A stretch of 64,000 bases of DNA from a virus. Below are positions 1-9,651 of this stretch, one piece after another. How positions within the stretch are numbered: the first letter of the stretch is position 1; every line of letters begins with the position of its first letter. Below the pieces are notes generated by a model. The model had not been told where the DNA came from. It saw nothing but the letters and a program-made list of their open reading frames with translations, and made no database searches. The stretch lies in the IMG/VR virus record IMGVR_UViG_3300008450_000005, positions 32,001 to 96,000 of that record. One strand, given 5' to 3'. The position numbers were made by a program, and so were the translations under genes.

Positions 1-584
1 CTTACATCGGAAAAGAAATCCATGTAATGATGGAAGGATATGTTGAAGCGAAAGATATGTTTGTCGTTTCATATAAGAAGTATTTGAACAGAATCATTGA
101 TTCTAAAATTCAAGATCTTGATCTTACCAAAAAGTACAGTGGTCAGGTTACAGGAACCTCTGAATTCGGAGTATTCGTTGAGTGGGAAGACATCTATACA
201 GGTCTTCTTCATAAAACAGAGTTTGAAGACGATCAGCAAATCGAAAAATTCCAACCTGGCGACACAGTTGAATTCTATATCAAGGAAATTAAAGATAAGA
301 ATCGTTTAACCCTTTCTTTTAACGAGCCATTGGAAAAAAATATTAGATTGTCTGAGATCGCTAGTGAAATCGAATCAGGACAGGAGAAAATTTTCAATGC
401 TAAGATTAAGCACAAGAGAAGAAACGGTTGTTTGGTAGAAATTACTGAAATTGGATCATTTGCTTTAGTTCCTCAAGATAAATACAGTAAAGACATGAAG
501 AGCAAGAAAACCGGTGATGACTTACTGGTTAAAATCTACGAAGTAGATTTGATTGCTGGAAAACTATTCGCAGAACCATTATAA
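1..584 (+). CDS. S1 RNA-binding domain protein (ribosomal protein bS1-like), 5'-truncated by the window
   Basis: Frame is open from base 3. S1 repeat GQVTGTSEFGVFVEW..YTGLLHKTEF...GDTVEFYIKEI..NRLTLS is followed by a second, degenerate S1 repeat. Confidence 0.8.
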   Translation, partial: YIGKEIHVMMEGYVEAKDMFVVSYKKYLNRIIDSKIQDLDLTKKYSGQVTGTSEFGVFVEWEDIYTGLLHKTEFEDDQQIEKFQPGDTVEFYIKEIKDKNRLTLSFNEPLEKNIRLSEIASEIESGQEKIFNAKIKHKRRNGCLVEITEIGSFALVPQDKYSKDMKSKKTGDDLLVKIYEVDLIAGKLFAEPL

Positions 585-1981
585 TGGAAAATGGAAACTA
601 TTTCGACGATGCTCACGCTTTAAGTTCGGCAAATATTGGGTTCGAATTCGAATTCTTTTCACCTATGATGAAAGGCAGGTTAGCTGAAATCATATCGAAA
701 GAATTAGGAAAAAAAGTACAAGTTTCTGAGAAATATCATTCCGATCTTCCAGTAGACAGGAATACCTTCAAGTTAGAGGCTGATTATTCAGGCGGTTCAG
801 ATATGGTTGAACTGATCACTGGACCTATGCCTTATCAAGAAGCTATTCCTGTCCTTTATAAAATTCTGGCCATCATCAAAGAATATGGCTACACAAATGA
901 TCGCTGTGCTTTCCAATTCAACGTTTCGTACGATGAGATGAGAAAGGATGTTAGAACACCACTCCAGCATGTCGACAAACTCAAATTTGTTTTGTCTTTA
1001 GATGAAGGACTTATCTATGACAAGTTCGGATCTAGATTCGGAAATGTTTATGCTAAGAGCATCAAGAAGATCGTGCCTAGAAACAGGTATATGATCCTCG
1101 ACAATATTCAAAGCATAGATCCTACAATGTTTAGGTTGCCCAATGAAAAATACTACGGGGTAAATTTCACTAAGCTGAAAGATGGGTATTTGGAATTTAG
1201 ATATCTAGGCGGAAGAGATTACGAGAAAAAAGGATCATCGATCGTCAAGGTTATTGATTACATCGTTTTGCACCTATATAAAATTCTTGCAGGTGATTCC
1301 AACTACACAAAAAGAGATGTTGAGGTTCTTCAAAATATCATGAACCAATACAAGAAAGTGGTGAGAAGCTTTTCGAATCCCGACCAATTCTTTATGAACT
1401 ATCCGGATATCCATATAATGGTAGATCTGAAAGGCTGGGACGAAAACATCAAATCTCTTTGGAGTACGATCCGCGATAAAATTTTCGATTTGATCGTGGA
1501 AGGTGGACTTAGGAGAGGATATTTCAATTACGATACTTCAATAGGAAAATTCCAGATTAAAGAGGGTGAGTTCAAGGATGGAATGATCATTTCTGATGTT
1601 GACCTAGTGGAATGCAAGCTCAAAAGATGCAGCATCAATAATTGCAGGATTTTCTATTCTGAAATCAATAATTCAGAATTGAATGAAAGTCAGCTTTTCA
1701 ATAACAACCGTGTAGAGAAAAGTAAAATTAAGGACACATCAATAGAATTCTCAAATACCTGTATCGATTGTTACGTTGATAGCAAAGGTAAAAAGATCGG
1801 AGGTAAATTAGTTGGCGGCGTTTTAAGAAATGGTAACGTTACAGAATACTCTGAAATCAGTTCTAAAACTAAAATTGTTAAGACGAAAGACGAGAGCAGA
1901 CAATTCATTTCCAGTAAATCGTTTGGCGACGACAATCTTAAGCCTGTAAAGATACAGAAGTTCAAAGATCTAAATTATTAA
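584..1981 (+). CDS. Putative amidoligase (COOH-NH2 ligase) family protein with a C-terminal beta-helix-like repeat
   Basis: Motifs IGFEFEF, D.SGG..MVELITGP, TNDRCAFQFNVS, KYYGVN and YLEFRYLGG; C-terminal I/L-x-x-S/C pentad repeats. Confidence 0.65.
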   Translation: MENGNYFDDAHALSSANIGFEFEFFSPMMKGRLAEIISKELGKKVQVSEKYHSDLPVDRNTFKLEADYSGGSDMVELITGPMPYQEAIPVLYKILAIIKEYGYTNDRCAFQFNVSYDEMRKDVRTPLQHVDKLKFVLSLDEGLIYDKFGSRFGNVYAKSIKKIVPRNRYMILDNIQSIDPTMFRLPNEKYYGVNFTKLKDGYLEFRYLGGRDYEKKGSSIVKVIDYIVLHLYKILAGDSNYTKRDVEVLQNIMNQYKKVVRSFSNPDQFFMNYPDIHIMVDLKGWDENIKSLWSTIRDKIFDLIVEGGLRRGYFNYDTSIGKFQIKEGEFKDGMIISDVDLVECKLKRCSINNCRIFYSEINNSELNESQLFNNNRVEKSKIKDTSIEFSNTCIDCYVDSKGKKIGGKLVGGVLRNGNVTEYSEISSKTKIVKTKDESRQFISSKSFGDDNLKPVKIQKFKDLNY

Positions 1982-1982
1982 C

Positions 1983-2771
1983 ATGACAGAATTAGAATTA
2001 ATCCGAGAAATTGAAGACGCTTTGTCTTACTCTTGCTCTCTTCCGTACAATTTGAATCAAACCGAAATCCAGAGAATAATCAAAAGGGCTCGGGATTATT
2101 TCTATGACAATTACCAGTACTCGGTTGAGAAAAGAATCATAGTTTTAGGTAGATCTATTTTTGCAAATGCAAATTTTAGAGCTACCCGTCAGATTAAGCT
2201 TCCTGACAATATAGTTTCGATATTTGATGTTAGAGAGACCAATGGTAGCGGGATTTCTGGAAACCCTGACCGAGATTTTGGCGATTCCAAACTTTTAGGA
2301 TCGGAATTGCTTTTATCACCGTTTGTTGGTGATAACCTCGTTTACCGTACCGTTATGTATTCATATTTTGATTTGGCTAAAGCATATTTGCTTGAAACAT
2401 TCGCTTATAACTGGAACAAGAACACCAAAAAACTAACAATTCTGGGAAGAGATCCAAACCGGGTTAATACCGGAGGGGTTAATGGTGCAGGAGTTAATGG
2501 TGATTATCCCGGCGGTGTTGATGTAGCGATCTCTTGTTTCGTAAAAATCGTCGAAGATGATCTTTATGCTGACGAGCTTTTCGTTAGATACTGCATAGGA
2601 AAAAGCAAGGAAGCATTGGGTAACATGCTTTCGGTGTTTGACTATAATCTTCCAGGCGGAGTAAAAGTTAATGCTCAAGGTATAATTAGTATGGGTAAAG
2701 AAGAGGTTCAAGAGGTCATGCAGATGATAAATGACGAGAACACACCAAGCTATTTCCTGCAATGGAATTGA
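1983..2771 (+). CDS. Neck protein (T4 gp13-like)
   Basis: N-terminal IQRIIKRARDYFYDNY and C-terminal FVRY...K..LG.ML..F..NLPGGV..NA..I...GKEE, typical of the gp13 family; lies in the structural module. Confidence 0.7.
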   Translation: MTELELIREIEDALSYSCSLPYNLNQTEIQRIIKRARDYFYDNYQYSVEKRIIVLGRSIFANANFRATRQIKLPDNIVSIFDVRETNGSGISGNPDRDFGDSKLLGSELLLSPFVGDNLVYRTVMYSYFDLAKAYLLETFAYNWNKNTKKLTILGRDPNRVNTGGVNGAGVNGDYPGGVDVAISCFVKIVEDDLYADELFVRYCIGKSKEALGNMLSVFDYNLPGGVKVNAQGIISMGKEEVQEVMQMINDENTPSYFLQWN

Positions 2772-2788
2772 AAAATTAATAGGTTTAT

Positions 2789-2820
2789 GGCATATAAATA
2801 TAGAAACATATATTTATGCC
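2789..2820. other. AT-rich inverted repeat containing TATAAATA in a 200-bp intergenic gap
   Basis: ggcat(at)aaatata-gaaaca-tatatttatgcc pairs with a 2-nt bulge. Confidence 0.45.
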
Positions 2821-2953
2821 CTGTGTACTTGACAACATTGAATACTAGAGAGATAAATCTTGGGTTATCTTTTAAATTCCGGATTTATGATTCTAAAAGG
2901 AATAGAACCATAAAATAGCTTATGTTTCTAAAATTGCACACTCTCAATAGGCT

Positions 2954-2961
2954 GATATATA
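2954..2961 (+). promoter_or_regulatory. GATATATA putative late promoter
   Basis: Recurrent octamer, 7 nt upstream of the baseplate operon ATG; resembles the T4 late promoter TATAAATA. Confidence 0.7.
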
Positions 2962-2968
2962 AGTAGCC

Positions 2969-3340
2969 ATGAGGGAAATTTACAACCGGGATCCTAACGA
3001 TCCCATGTATAAATCAGATATTATAGAGGTAACTGATCCGGTAGAAATTTGTATCGGCCAGTTAAAAATGTGTTTGCTCACTAATAAAGGTGAGGTCTTG
3101 GGCGATGCATCATTTGGTATGGACTTAGAATCTATGCTTTTTGATCTTGAATTATCGGAAGATGGGCTTAGAAACGAACTAAATCTCCACTTGACCACAT
3201 ACGTACCGATCTTTTTTGACCTTGGAGGATACTATAACATTGAATTCTACCAGGGAACACAGAGGGATATTGCATATTTCGATTTTTTTCTTCCTGTAAA
3301 TGGGGGAGAAAGTCCGGTAGTTTCACTAAAATTCACATAA
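2969..3340 (+). CDS. Baseplate wedge subunit (gp25-like)
   Basis: 123 aa with LLTNKGEVLGDASFGMDLESMLFD; directly upstream of the gp6-like gene. Confidence 0.75.
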   Translation: MREIYNRDPNDPMYKSDIIEVTDPVEICIGQLKMCLLTNKGEVLGDASFGMDLESMLFDLELSEDGLRNELNLHLTTYVPIFFDLGGYYNIEFYQGTQRDIAYFDFFLPVNGGESPVVSLKFT

Positions 3341-3343
3341 GTA

Positions 3344-5059
3344 ATGAATATCTTTAGAAAAAATAATATCCTAATTGGCGGATTGCTCAGGCAATCATTC
3401 GATTTTTTGCAGCTGACTTATAACCAGACAAGAAATATTTTCACCGTTGCATCCGCTTGGGGACAAATCCTGTTTGTTATTCAGAATCTTTCACAATTGA
3501 TTTTGTATTTTATCGAGGATTCAATCACCGAACTTAATATTAATCAAGCTACTAGGGACTATTCTATAAGATCTTTAGCAAGAATTGCTGGATATGATGC
3601 AGGAAGAGCTTCTGCTGCTAGGGGCGAAATAACCATTTCATGGAATAGGAAAGAAGGAGATGTTGGTGGAGGTGCGGTTCTAATCACAAATAACACTGGG
3701 ATTAGAAACGAGCAAAATGGACTTACATACGTAATGAGACTAGCAGGTCCGAATGCTCGTATAAATTTAACCGCTGACACATCGTTGAGATGCACCATAA
3801 TACAGGGGGTAACCGATTCTGCATCTTTTACAGGAAATGGTGCTTTACTTCAAAGCTATAACGTTCCTTCCAGATCTGGAATTTACGTCGACCAATTCAA
3901 CATCGACGTTTATGTCAACAATGAGCAGTGGAAGAGATATGATTCACTCTATGACATACCTTTGAATGGAAAGGGATACCTAGTGAAAACCGGAATTTCA
4001 GAGGGCATCGATGTTTACTTCGGTAACGTTAACTTCGGAGCTACGCCTCCTCCTGGATCTGTGATTCGTGTAGATTTCATTCAGACATCAGGATTCGCTG
4101 GGAATATAGCTTCAACCAAAGACAAACCATTAACCTATACTTTCGTTAGCCAAGGCAGCGATTTATTTGGCAGAGAGGTTAATTTGAATAACTATCTGCT
4201 AATCCAGTCAACGATCGATCCGAGCTTCGGAACTGATCCTGAGCCAATACAATTGGTGAGACTTGTTGCACCTCAAACCAGTAGAGCTTTTGTTTTTGCC
4301 AATACCGCTAACTACGAAATCTACCTCCAACGTTTAGGTATATTTTCTCAAGTTCAGGCATTTACAACTTTTGATGATCAATATTTAGATGACGATAACG
4401 TTGTTTATCTTTTTCTGGTTCCTGATGTGACTTTAACTCTGGAAAGCAATGAAGACTATTTCAATATAGGTCTTAACGAATTCCTTCTAACAAAGGAACA
4501 GCGTTTAGCTATTCTAAACTTATTAGAAGAATCTGGACAAATGATAGCGACCACAGTGGTAAAAATCGTTCAGCCATCAATCTCTAAATACGTTGGAATT
4601 GCAGTTATAGATATTTTCGAAGGCTATGACCCTGATATCATCGAGTCAAAAATTAGACAAGGTATTTCAGAATACTTCATAAATTTGAAAAGAAGAGATA
4701 GAGTTCCTAAATCTGACATGATTGCTTTAATAGAAGCAATCGATGGAGTTGATTCGGTAGATTTCAGCTTCCTAGGCGATCAAAACGAGGCAAACGCAAT
4801 CAAAGCTTTAAATGCTGGTAATACCCCAAGTTCACTTGTTGGTATTGATCAATTTGGGAATATCATAATTGGCAGAAACGAACTTATAGTAATCCGCGGA
4901 GGATGGACAGACAGATACGGTACCCAATATGAAGAAGGTATCGTTCCAGGAAAACCTAGTGCTCTGAATATTACTATTCGTGGCGTTGTTCCCATGAACT
5001 ATAACGCAGAAAGAAACATAGCTCAAAGAAGAGCATTAATCGACAGTATCAATGGTTAA
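3344..5059 (+). CDS. Baseplate wedge protein (gp6/baseplate J-like)
   Basis: A.RDYSIRSLARIAGY, DVYFGNVNFGATPPPGSVIRV...SG..GN, G.DPEPI..VRL.AP and VYLFLVP motifs. Confidence 0.8.
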   Translation: MNIFRKNNILIGGLLRQSFDFLQLTYNQTRNIFTVASAWGQILFVIQNLSQLILYFIEDSITELNINQATRDYSIRSLARIAGYDAGRASAARGEITISWNRKEGDVGGGAVLITNNTGIRNEQNGLTYVMRLAGPNARINLTADTSLRCTIIQGVTDSASFTGNGALLQSYNVPSRSGIYVDQFNIDVYVNNEQWKRYDSLYDIPLNGKGYLVKTGISEGIDVYFGNVNFGATPPPGSVIRVDFIQTSGFAGNIASTKDKPLTYTFVSQGSDLFGREVNLNNYLLIQSTIDPSFGTDPEPIQLVRLVAPQTSRAFVFANTANYEIYLQRLGIFSQVQAFTTFDDQYLDDDNVVYLFLVPDVTLTLESNEDYFNIGLNEFLLTKEQRLAILNLLEESGQMIATTVVKIVQPSISKYVGIAVIDIFEGYDPDIIESKIRQGISEYFINLKRRDRVPKSDMIALIEAIDGVDSVDFSFLGDQNEANAIKALNAGNTPSSLVGIDQFGNIIIGRNELIVIRGGWTDRYGTQYEEGIVPGKPSALNITIRGVVPMNYNAERNIAQRRALIDSING

Positions 5060-5582
5060 CAAATATAGCCAATATCTTCCGGACAATCCGGAATTAGCCT
5101 ACAATGCCACTGGTGTTAAATTCCAGTCATCTGTAACTTCGCCCTTTAATAAAGAGGACCTGTACACGGATGAAGCAGTAGCATTGGCAAGGTCGGAGAG
5201 CATGGGATGTTCGGGTGCAAGAACTATTTTGGTTTCCAGTACCGGCCAATATAAATATGCGCCATGCTCAGATATTACTACGTATAGAACTATTTCTAAG
5301 CAGCTAACACAGACACAGGAAGAAAGACGTTATTACGCATTCTTCCCAGACGAGAATTTAACCGATATCAAAAATAGCATCAACGACCGTGTTTATTCTG
5401 GATTCGACTATAAAGAGGTCATTCTAAAAAGAAGCATGTCAAATGTTTTCTTCAGAGATCCTGTCAAGGACTCGATCTTAGCTACTTTTAATCGTGTTAT
5501 TTTCGGTGTGATTGAAAGCGTAAAGGAAATAAAAAACTATTTTAATTATACAGTACCAAGAAATAACAAAAGGGTGTTCTAA
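5052..5582 (+). CDS. Baseplate-region protein with a DUF3721-like Cys motif
   Basis: LYTDEAVALARSESMGCSGA....KYAPCSD resembles the DUF3721 pattern Y.T..EA...A...GC.G...MPC. Confidence 0.45.
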   Translation: MVNKYSQYLPDNPELAYNATGVKFQSSVTSPFNKEDLYTDEAVALARSESMGCSGARTILVSSTGQYKYAPCSDITTYRTISKQLTQTQEERRYYAFFPDENLTDIKNSINDRVYSGFDYKEVILKRSMSNVFFRDPVKDSILATFNRVIFGVIESVKEIKNYFNYTVPRNNKRVF

Positions 5583-8500
5583 TGTCGAATTCAGTCAATT
5601 TAAACTTAAGATTTTTTGATAAGAGCGGGAGCCCTTTAAATTTCGAATACGTCGGGCCTACCGGATCATTCCCTAGTGTAGACAACTCGTCCTATTTTAT
5701 CACCAGTCTTTCATCGTCCTCACCCGGGCAGATTAATCTTTCTACCCTAGGGTCAGGATATTTTGAAATTAACCATTTCGATAGAAATAGCTATAGTGTG
5801 CTGGCCTGGTCTCAGCGGATTGAAGAGTGGCTAAATTTCGGATCAAGCATCACCGTGGTTTTAGAAGTTCAAGGCGGACAAAGCATTGAAATCTATGTTG
5901 ATTCTATTTCTATATCGGCTAACTACTCTACCCTTAATTTTACCAGATACAATGGTAACCTGATCGTTAGTTCCGATAGAACGGTAACTGTTAAAACCGC
6001 TTATCGTGATGCACCAGGTGGTTATTATACTGGATTTATTTACTTTGACAATGTCAGCGCAGGTCTATTCGAGAACGAGCAGATCTTTATCATCCAGGAA
6101 TTCAAAGACACTTCAGGTAATACTATCTTTGGATATCCACACTCTGGATTAACCGGAACTTCTGAGCCTGTCCAATGGAGAACACGCTGGAATAATAGCT
6201 CGTACGGTAATGTCGATGTAACAGACATTATTTTCACGTATCAGATCACGGAAAGCGACCCTACAATCGGCGGTGATCCTAGTATCAGCAATTACCCCAA
6301 CCTCATCTATACCATTCCCGTTGAGTCTACCGATTCTTTGGCGGATGGATTTGCAGTTACCTCTTATAATCTTGAAGCTCCTATCACAATTAGTGCAGCT
6401 ATCAATTCATCAAACGTAGCTGCAGACGTTTATGAGAGACAGCTTATCATCGAGCAAATAGTTGGTTTGACCGGAGCAGCTCCTCTAAAAATTGCGGAGA
6501 TAAATTTCTACGGACAGATTGAAAGCGAGGATGAAAGATTTTCCACCCTGCTAGAGAATCTGGGAAGAACCCTAACAGCGGATGAAACTATGGTTTTCAG
6601 AGACCATGACCCATCAGAACCCTTGCCTAACTACGTTGAGCTAAACGTGAAGCGTAAGGAGCTTATGGTGGCTGGTGAGCAGATATTCCCATATCTCGGA
6701 TCGTATAAAGGTCTGATCAATGCTCTAAGATTTTTTGGATATCAGGACTTAAGGATCAAAGAATATTGGCTGAACATAGATTACAAGACCAATACAACTC
6801 CTGGGGTATCAGTACTTGAAAATCAGAAATATCTAGACTCTCTTAAAAAGCTTCCATACTCTAATTCTTTCATGATTGATGAAATCATAAACAGCCCTAA
6901 TTCAGGGAAGTTTAGGATGGTTCAAACATATGGCCCGGATCAGGATGGAGTTTATCGATTAGATGTAGCAAATGAGGATACTATCGTTCCCAGCGGAACG
7001 TATAAGAAAACAGCCTTATTCGGACTATACTATGACCTGAATAAGGTAACCAATACAGAAAACGAATTCGGCTATCCGATAGTTGATGACTCTTTCTTAT
7101 TTTCACAGGAGGAAGTTTTAGTTAAACTTTTCTCTCTTAAGCAAATTCTAAAAAACAAGTACCTCCCGATTAATGCGAGAATAATCGATATTACCGGAGA
7201 GGGAATCTATTTTAACGTTTATAACACTAAAAGCTGGTCCGATGTCATGGACCGCTTTGAGATCAACCTAGGAAATGATGTTGATTTCATAGTTAATCCA
7301 GATTTCGGATATCTTGAAGATCTACGAAATTTCGGTGTACGATATTCAACGTCATCTATCCAGATCCCGATGAATTATGGTGCTACTGGAGGATTTGATG
7401 TAACACTAGCCGGATCTACCGGTGGAACTTCTGCTGGCGGGGCTTTAAAATTTAGTGGCTTTTCTGGTAACAATCCAACAATAGAATTGACCCGTGGTAA
7501 AGAATATGAATTTACCAATCTTACTGGTTATGGGCTTTACATTACTACTGAGTCTTCTCTTACACAGGTTGACCCGCTTGGGATCATTTCTAACGGAGCA
7601 ACAGGAGGACAAATTATTCTGAATGTTAACCCACAGGAACAAAACTCACTCTATTATTACCTGGATGTAAATTCGGTTGTACTTAATGGACAGATCAATA
7701 TTGTCAACGCTTCAATTTCTGATCTTGGCAATACCATCCTTCCTTTAGACAGCGGACAACAGTACACGGGAGACCAGAACCTGGCAATGATTCAGGCTAT
7801 CTCTGAATTCTATACTCTTAAACAGAATGGACAGATAGTCGAGTTTATGGATTCCAAATGGGATCCGGAGGCTTATATCAATCCAGACACAGGAGAAAGA
7901 TGGGTGAATCCTGTCGGAATGCCCATAGTTTTTGAATATGACGTTGATCAATGGATGTGGGACGAGATGGACGTAAATTGGAAATCTCTGTATTCACCAT
8001 ATAGTTTAGGACTTACCGGTTCGACACCAACTAATTTCAATTCTATTTTAACTTGGAATAACATTAATTTCGGAAACTGTAACGAGATTGAATGGATCAT
8101 CACAAAAAGCGCAAGCAGTGCAGGAAGTCCTTACTATTTCTCATATCGAGGTTACATAATGGATTTCTATAGACTTGCTCACTTTGTTCCTTATACGGGC
8201 ATCTACGACGTGCAATGCAACGTTTATGATGCCAACAACTCAATCCTAAGAAAGATTGAAAAGCAAGTCTTACAGGTTGCACCCAAACTAATCGATCTTC
8301 AGGCTTGGACAAGATACAGAGAAAACGAATTTTATACCTGGGACTACACCATTAAGGATTGGGATACTTACGAGTCTAAATGGCTTTATCCTGCCGAGGG
8401 TATGACCGAAAAACAATTGGAGCAAAGACTTCCACCCGATCTTTTGGACTTTGCCTTTTATGGTAACAATGCTTCAGAGGGAGAAGAAATAGATGTTGAA

Positions 8501-9649
8501 ATAACATCAGGAGGTCGCGGTGCAACTGGCTCATTCAGCATCTCACAGAACGTATTAACCGTAACTTCTATAGGCGGTCCTAGAATAACAGGGACTCAGT
8601 TTGGATTATGCACAGTAACCACAACAACACCTCATGGACTTTCCAATGGAGATTATGTTTACATCAAAAATTCTATCGAGGTTGTCAACGGAAAGTGGCA
8701 GATAATCTACGATAGCACACTTGCTTCTAATCAATTCAAGATACCAGTAGTACTTTCACCACAAGCTGGAATCCTTGTTACCCTTTCGCAGATCACTGTC
8801 GACACATCTCTTTACCCGAACATGCAAGTTGTAGGTGAAGGGACTATATCGGTATCTGTGAATGGTAGGGTAATTGGTGCTACGGCTGGAGGATCTACGT
8901 TACAATCGACTGCAAATTCTATAGTAACCCAGATAAATTCAGTCATCACACAGCCTGATTTCTTTGCTACGACTTTTAATCCAGCTGCAAATCCTTGCTC
9001 GATTCTAATTTCATCACCATCTACTTCTGGTGCAATCTATAATGGATATCCGCTATCAATAACTGCTACCGGATCTATTCAGGTAGTTTCACAAGATATA
9101 ATTTTAAATGGTGGACAAAACATCGACAACGTGTATGTTCAATGGGACGAAAGCCAGGAGGAACTTCCAAATGCTAATTTGAAGTATTGGGGAACACAAA
9201 ATCTCGTCTGGAAGAATTTCAACGAGGTTACGTGGGACGCAGGATATGCTCATTCGTGGTGGGATTTTGAATACAATAATACTTGGTTGGGAGGATTTGA
9301 AATCCACTCTTCCTTGGTTGGAGATAGTATCAAAGTTGATACAGGAAAACAAACAACTCCGTTTGCTAACGGAGTTACTTTCGTTGGATTTGGTGCTACT
9401 GGGGCAAGCGGGTATTTAACGCTAGGTCAGGTGGCAGATCAACTTAACGCATCTACCGATCCACATATTACCAATTTCTACTATAGAGTTTTCCCGTCCG
9501 GATATGATGACTTTTTGACCATCACCGGACCTAGCAATCGTGTTATCACGAATGTATCATCACCAACAGGTACCTACCCTGCTCCTCCATCAGTTTTGGG
9601 AGCAAATCCAGTACTCTGTGTTGATTTCACTTACGCAACAGGACCATAA
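5582..9649 (+). CDS. Large baseplate wedge/structural protein (gp7-like)
   Basis: 1355 aa; YLGSYKGLINALRFFGY..L.IKEYW wedge-type motif; beta-rich and G/S/T-rich; follows gp6. Confidence 0.6.
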   Translation: MSNSVNLNLRFFDKSGSPLNFEYVGPTGSFPSVDNSSYFITSLSSSSPGQINLSTLGSGYFEINHFDRNSYSVLAWSQRIEEWLNFGSSITVVLEVQGGQSIEIYVDSISISANYSTLNFTRYNGNLIVSSDRTVTVKTAYRDAPGGYYTGFIYFDNVSAGLFENEQIFIIQEFKDTSGNTIFGYPHSGLTGTSEPVQWRTRWNNSSYGNVDVTDIIFTYQITESDPTIGGDPSISNYPNLIYTIPVESTDSLADGFAVTSYNLEAPITISAAINSSNVAADVYERQLIIEQIVGLTGAAPLKIAEINFYGQIESEDERFSTLLENLGRTLTADETMVFRDHDPSEPLPNYVELNVKRKELMVAGEQIFPYLGSYKGLINALRFFGYQDLRIKEYWLNIDYKTNTTPGVSVLENQKYLDSLKKLPYSNSFMIDEIINSPNSGKFRMVQTYGPDQDGVYRLDVANEDTIVPSGTYKKTALFGLYYDLNKVTNTENEFGYPIVDDSFLFSQEEVLVKLFSLKQILKNKYLPINARIIDITGEGIYFNVYNTKSWSDVMDRFEINLGNDVDFIVNPDFGYLEDLRNFGVRYSTSSIQIPMNYGATGGFDVTLAGSTGGTSAGGALKFSGFSGNNPTIELTRGKEYEFTNLTGYGLYITTESSLTQVDPLGIISNGATGGQIILNVNPQEQNSLYYYLDVNSVVLNGQINIVNASISDLGNTILPLDSGQQYTGDQNLAMIQAISEFYTLKQNGQIVEFMDSKWDPEAYINPDTGERWVNPVGMPIVFEYDVDQWMWDEMDVNWKSLYSPYSLGLTGSTPTNFNSILTWNNINFGNCNEIEWIITKSASSAGSPYYFSYRGYIMDFYRLAHFVPYTGIYDVQCNVYDANNSILRKIEKQVLQVAPKLIDLQAWTRYRENEFYTWDYTIKDWDTYESKWLYPAEGMTEKQLEQRLPPDLLDFAFYGNNASEGEEIDVEITSGGRGATGSFSISQNVLTVTSIGGPRITGTQFGLCTVTTTTPHGLSNGDYVYIKNSIEVVNGKWQIIYDSTLASNQFKIPVVLSPQAGILVTLSQITVDTSLYPNMQVVGEGTISVSVNGRVIGATAGGSTLQSTANSIVTQINSVITQPDFFATTFNPAANPCSILISSPSTSGAIYNGYPLSITATGSIQVVSQDIILNGGQNIDNVYVQWDESQEELPNANLKYWGTQNLVWKNFNEVTWDAGYAHSWWDFEYNNTWLGGFEIHSSLVGDSIKVDTGKQTTPFANGVTFVGFGATGASGYLTLGQVADQLNASTDPHITNFYYRVFPSGYDDFLTITGPSNRVITNVSSPTGTYPAPPSVLGANPVLCVDFTYATGP

Positions 9650-9651
9650 TT

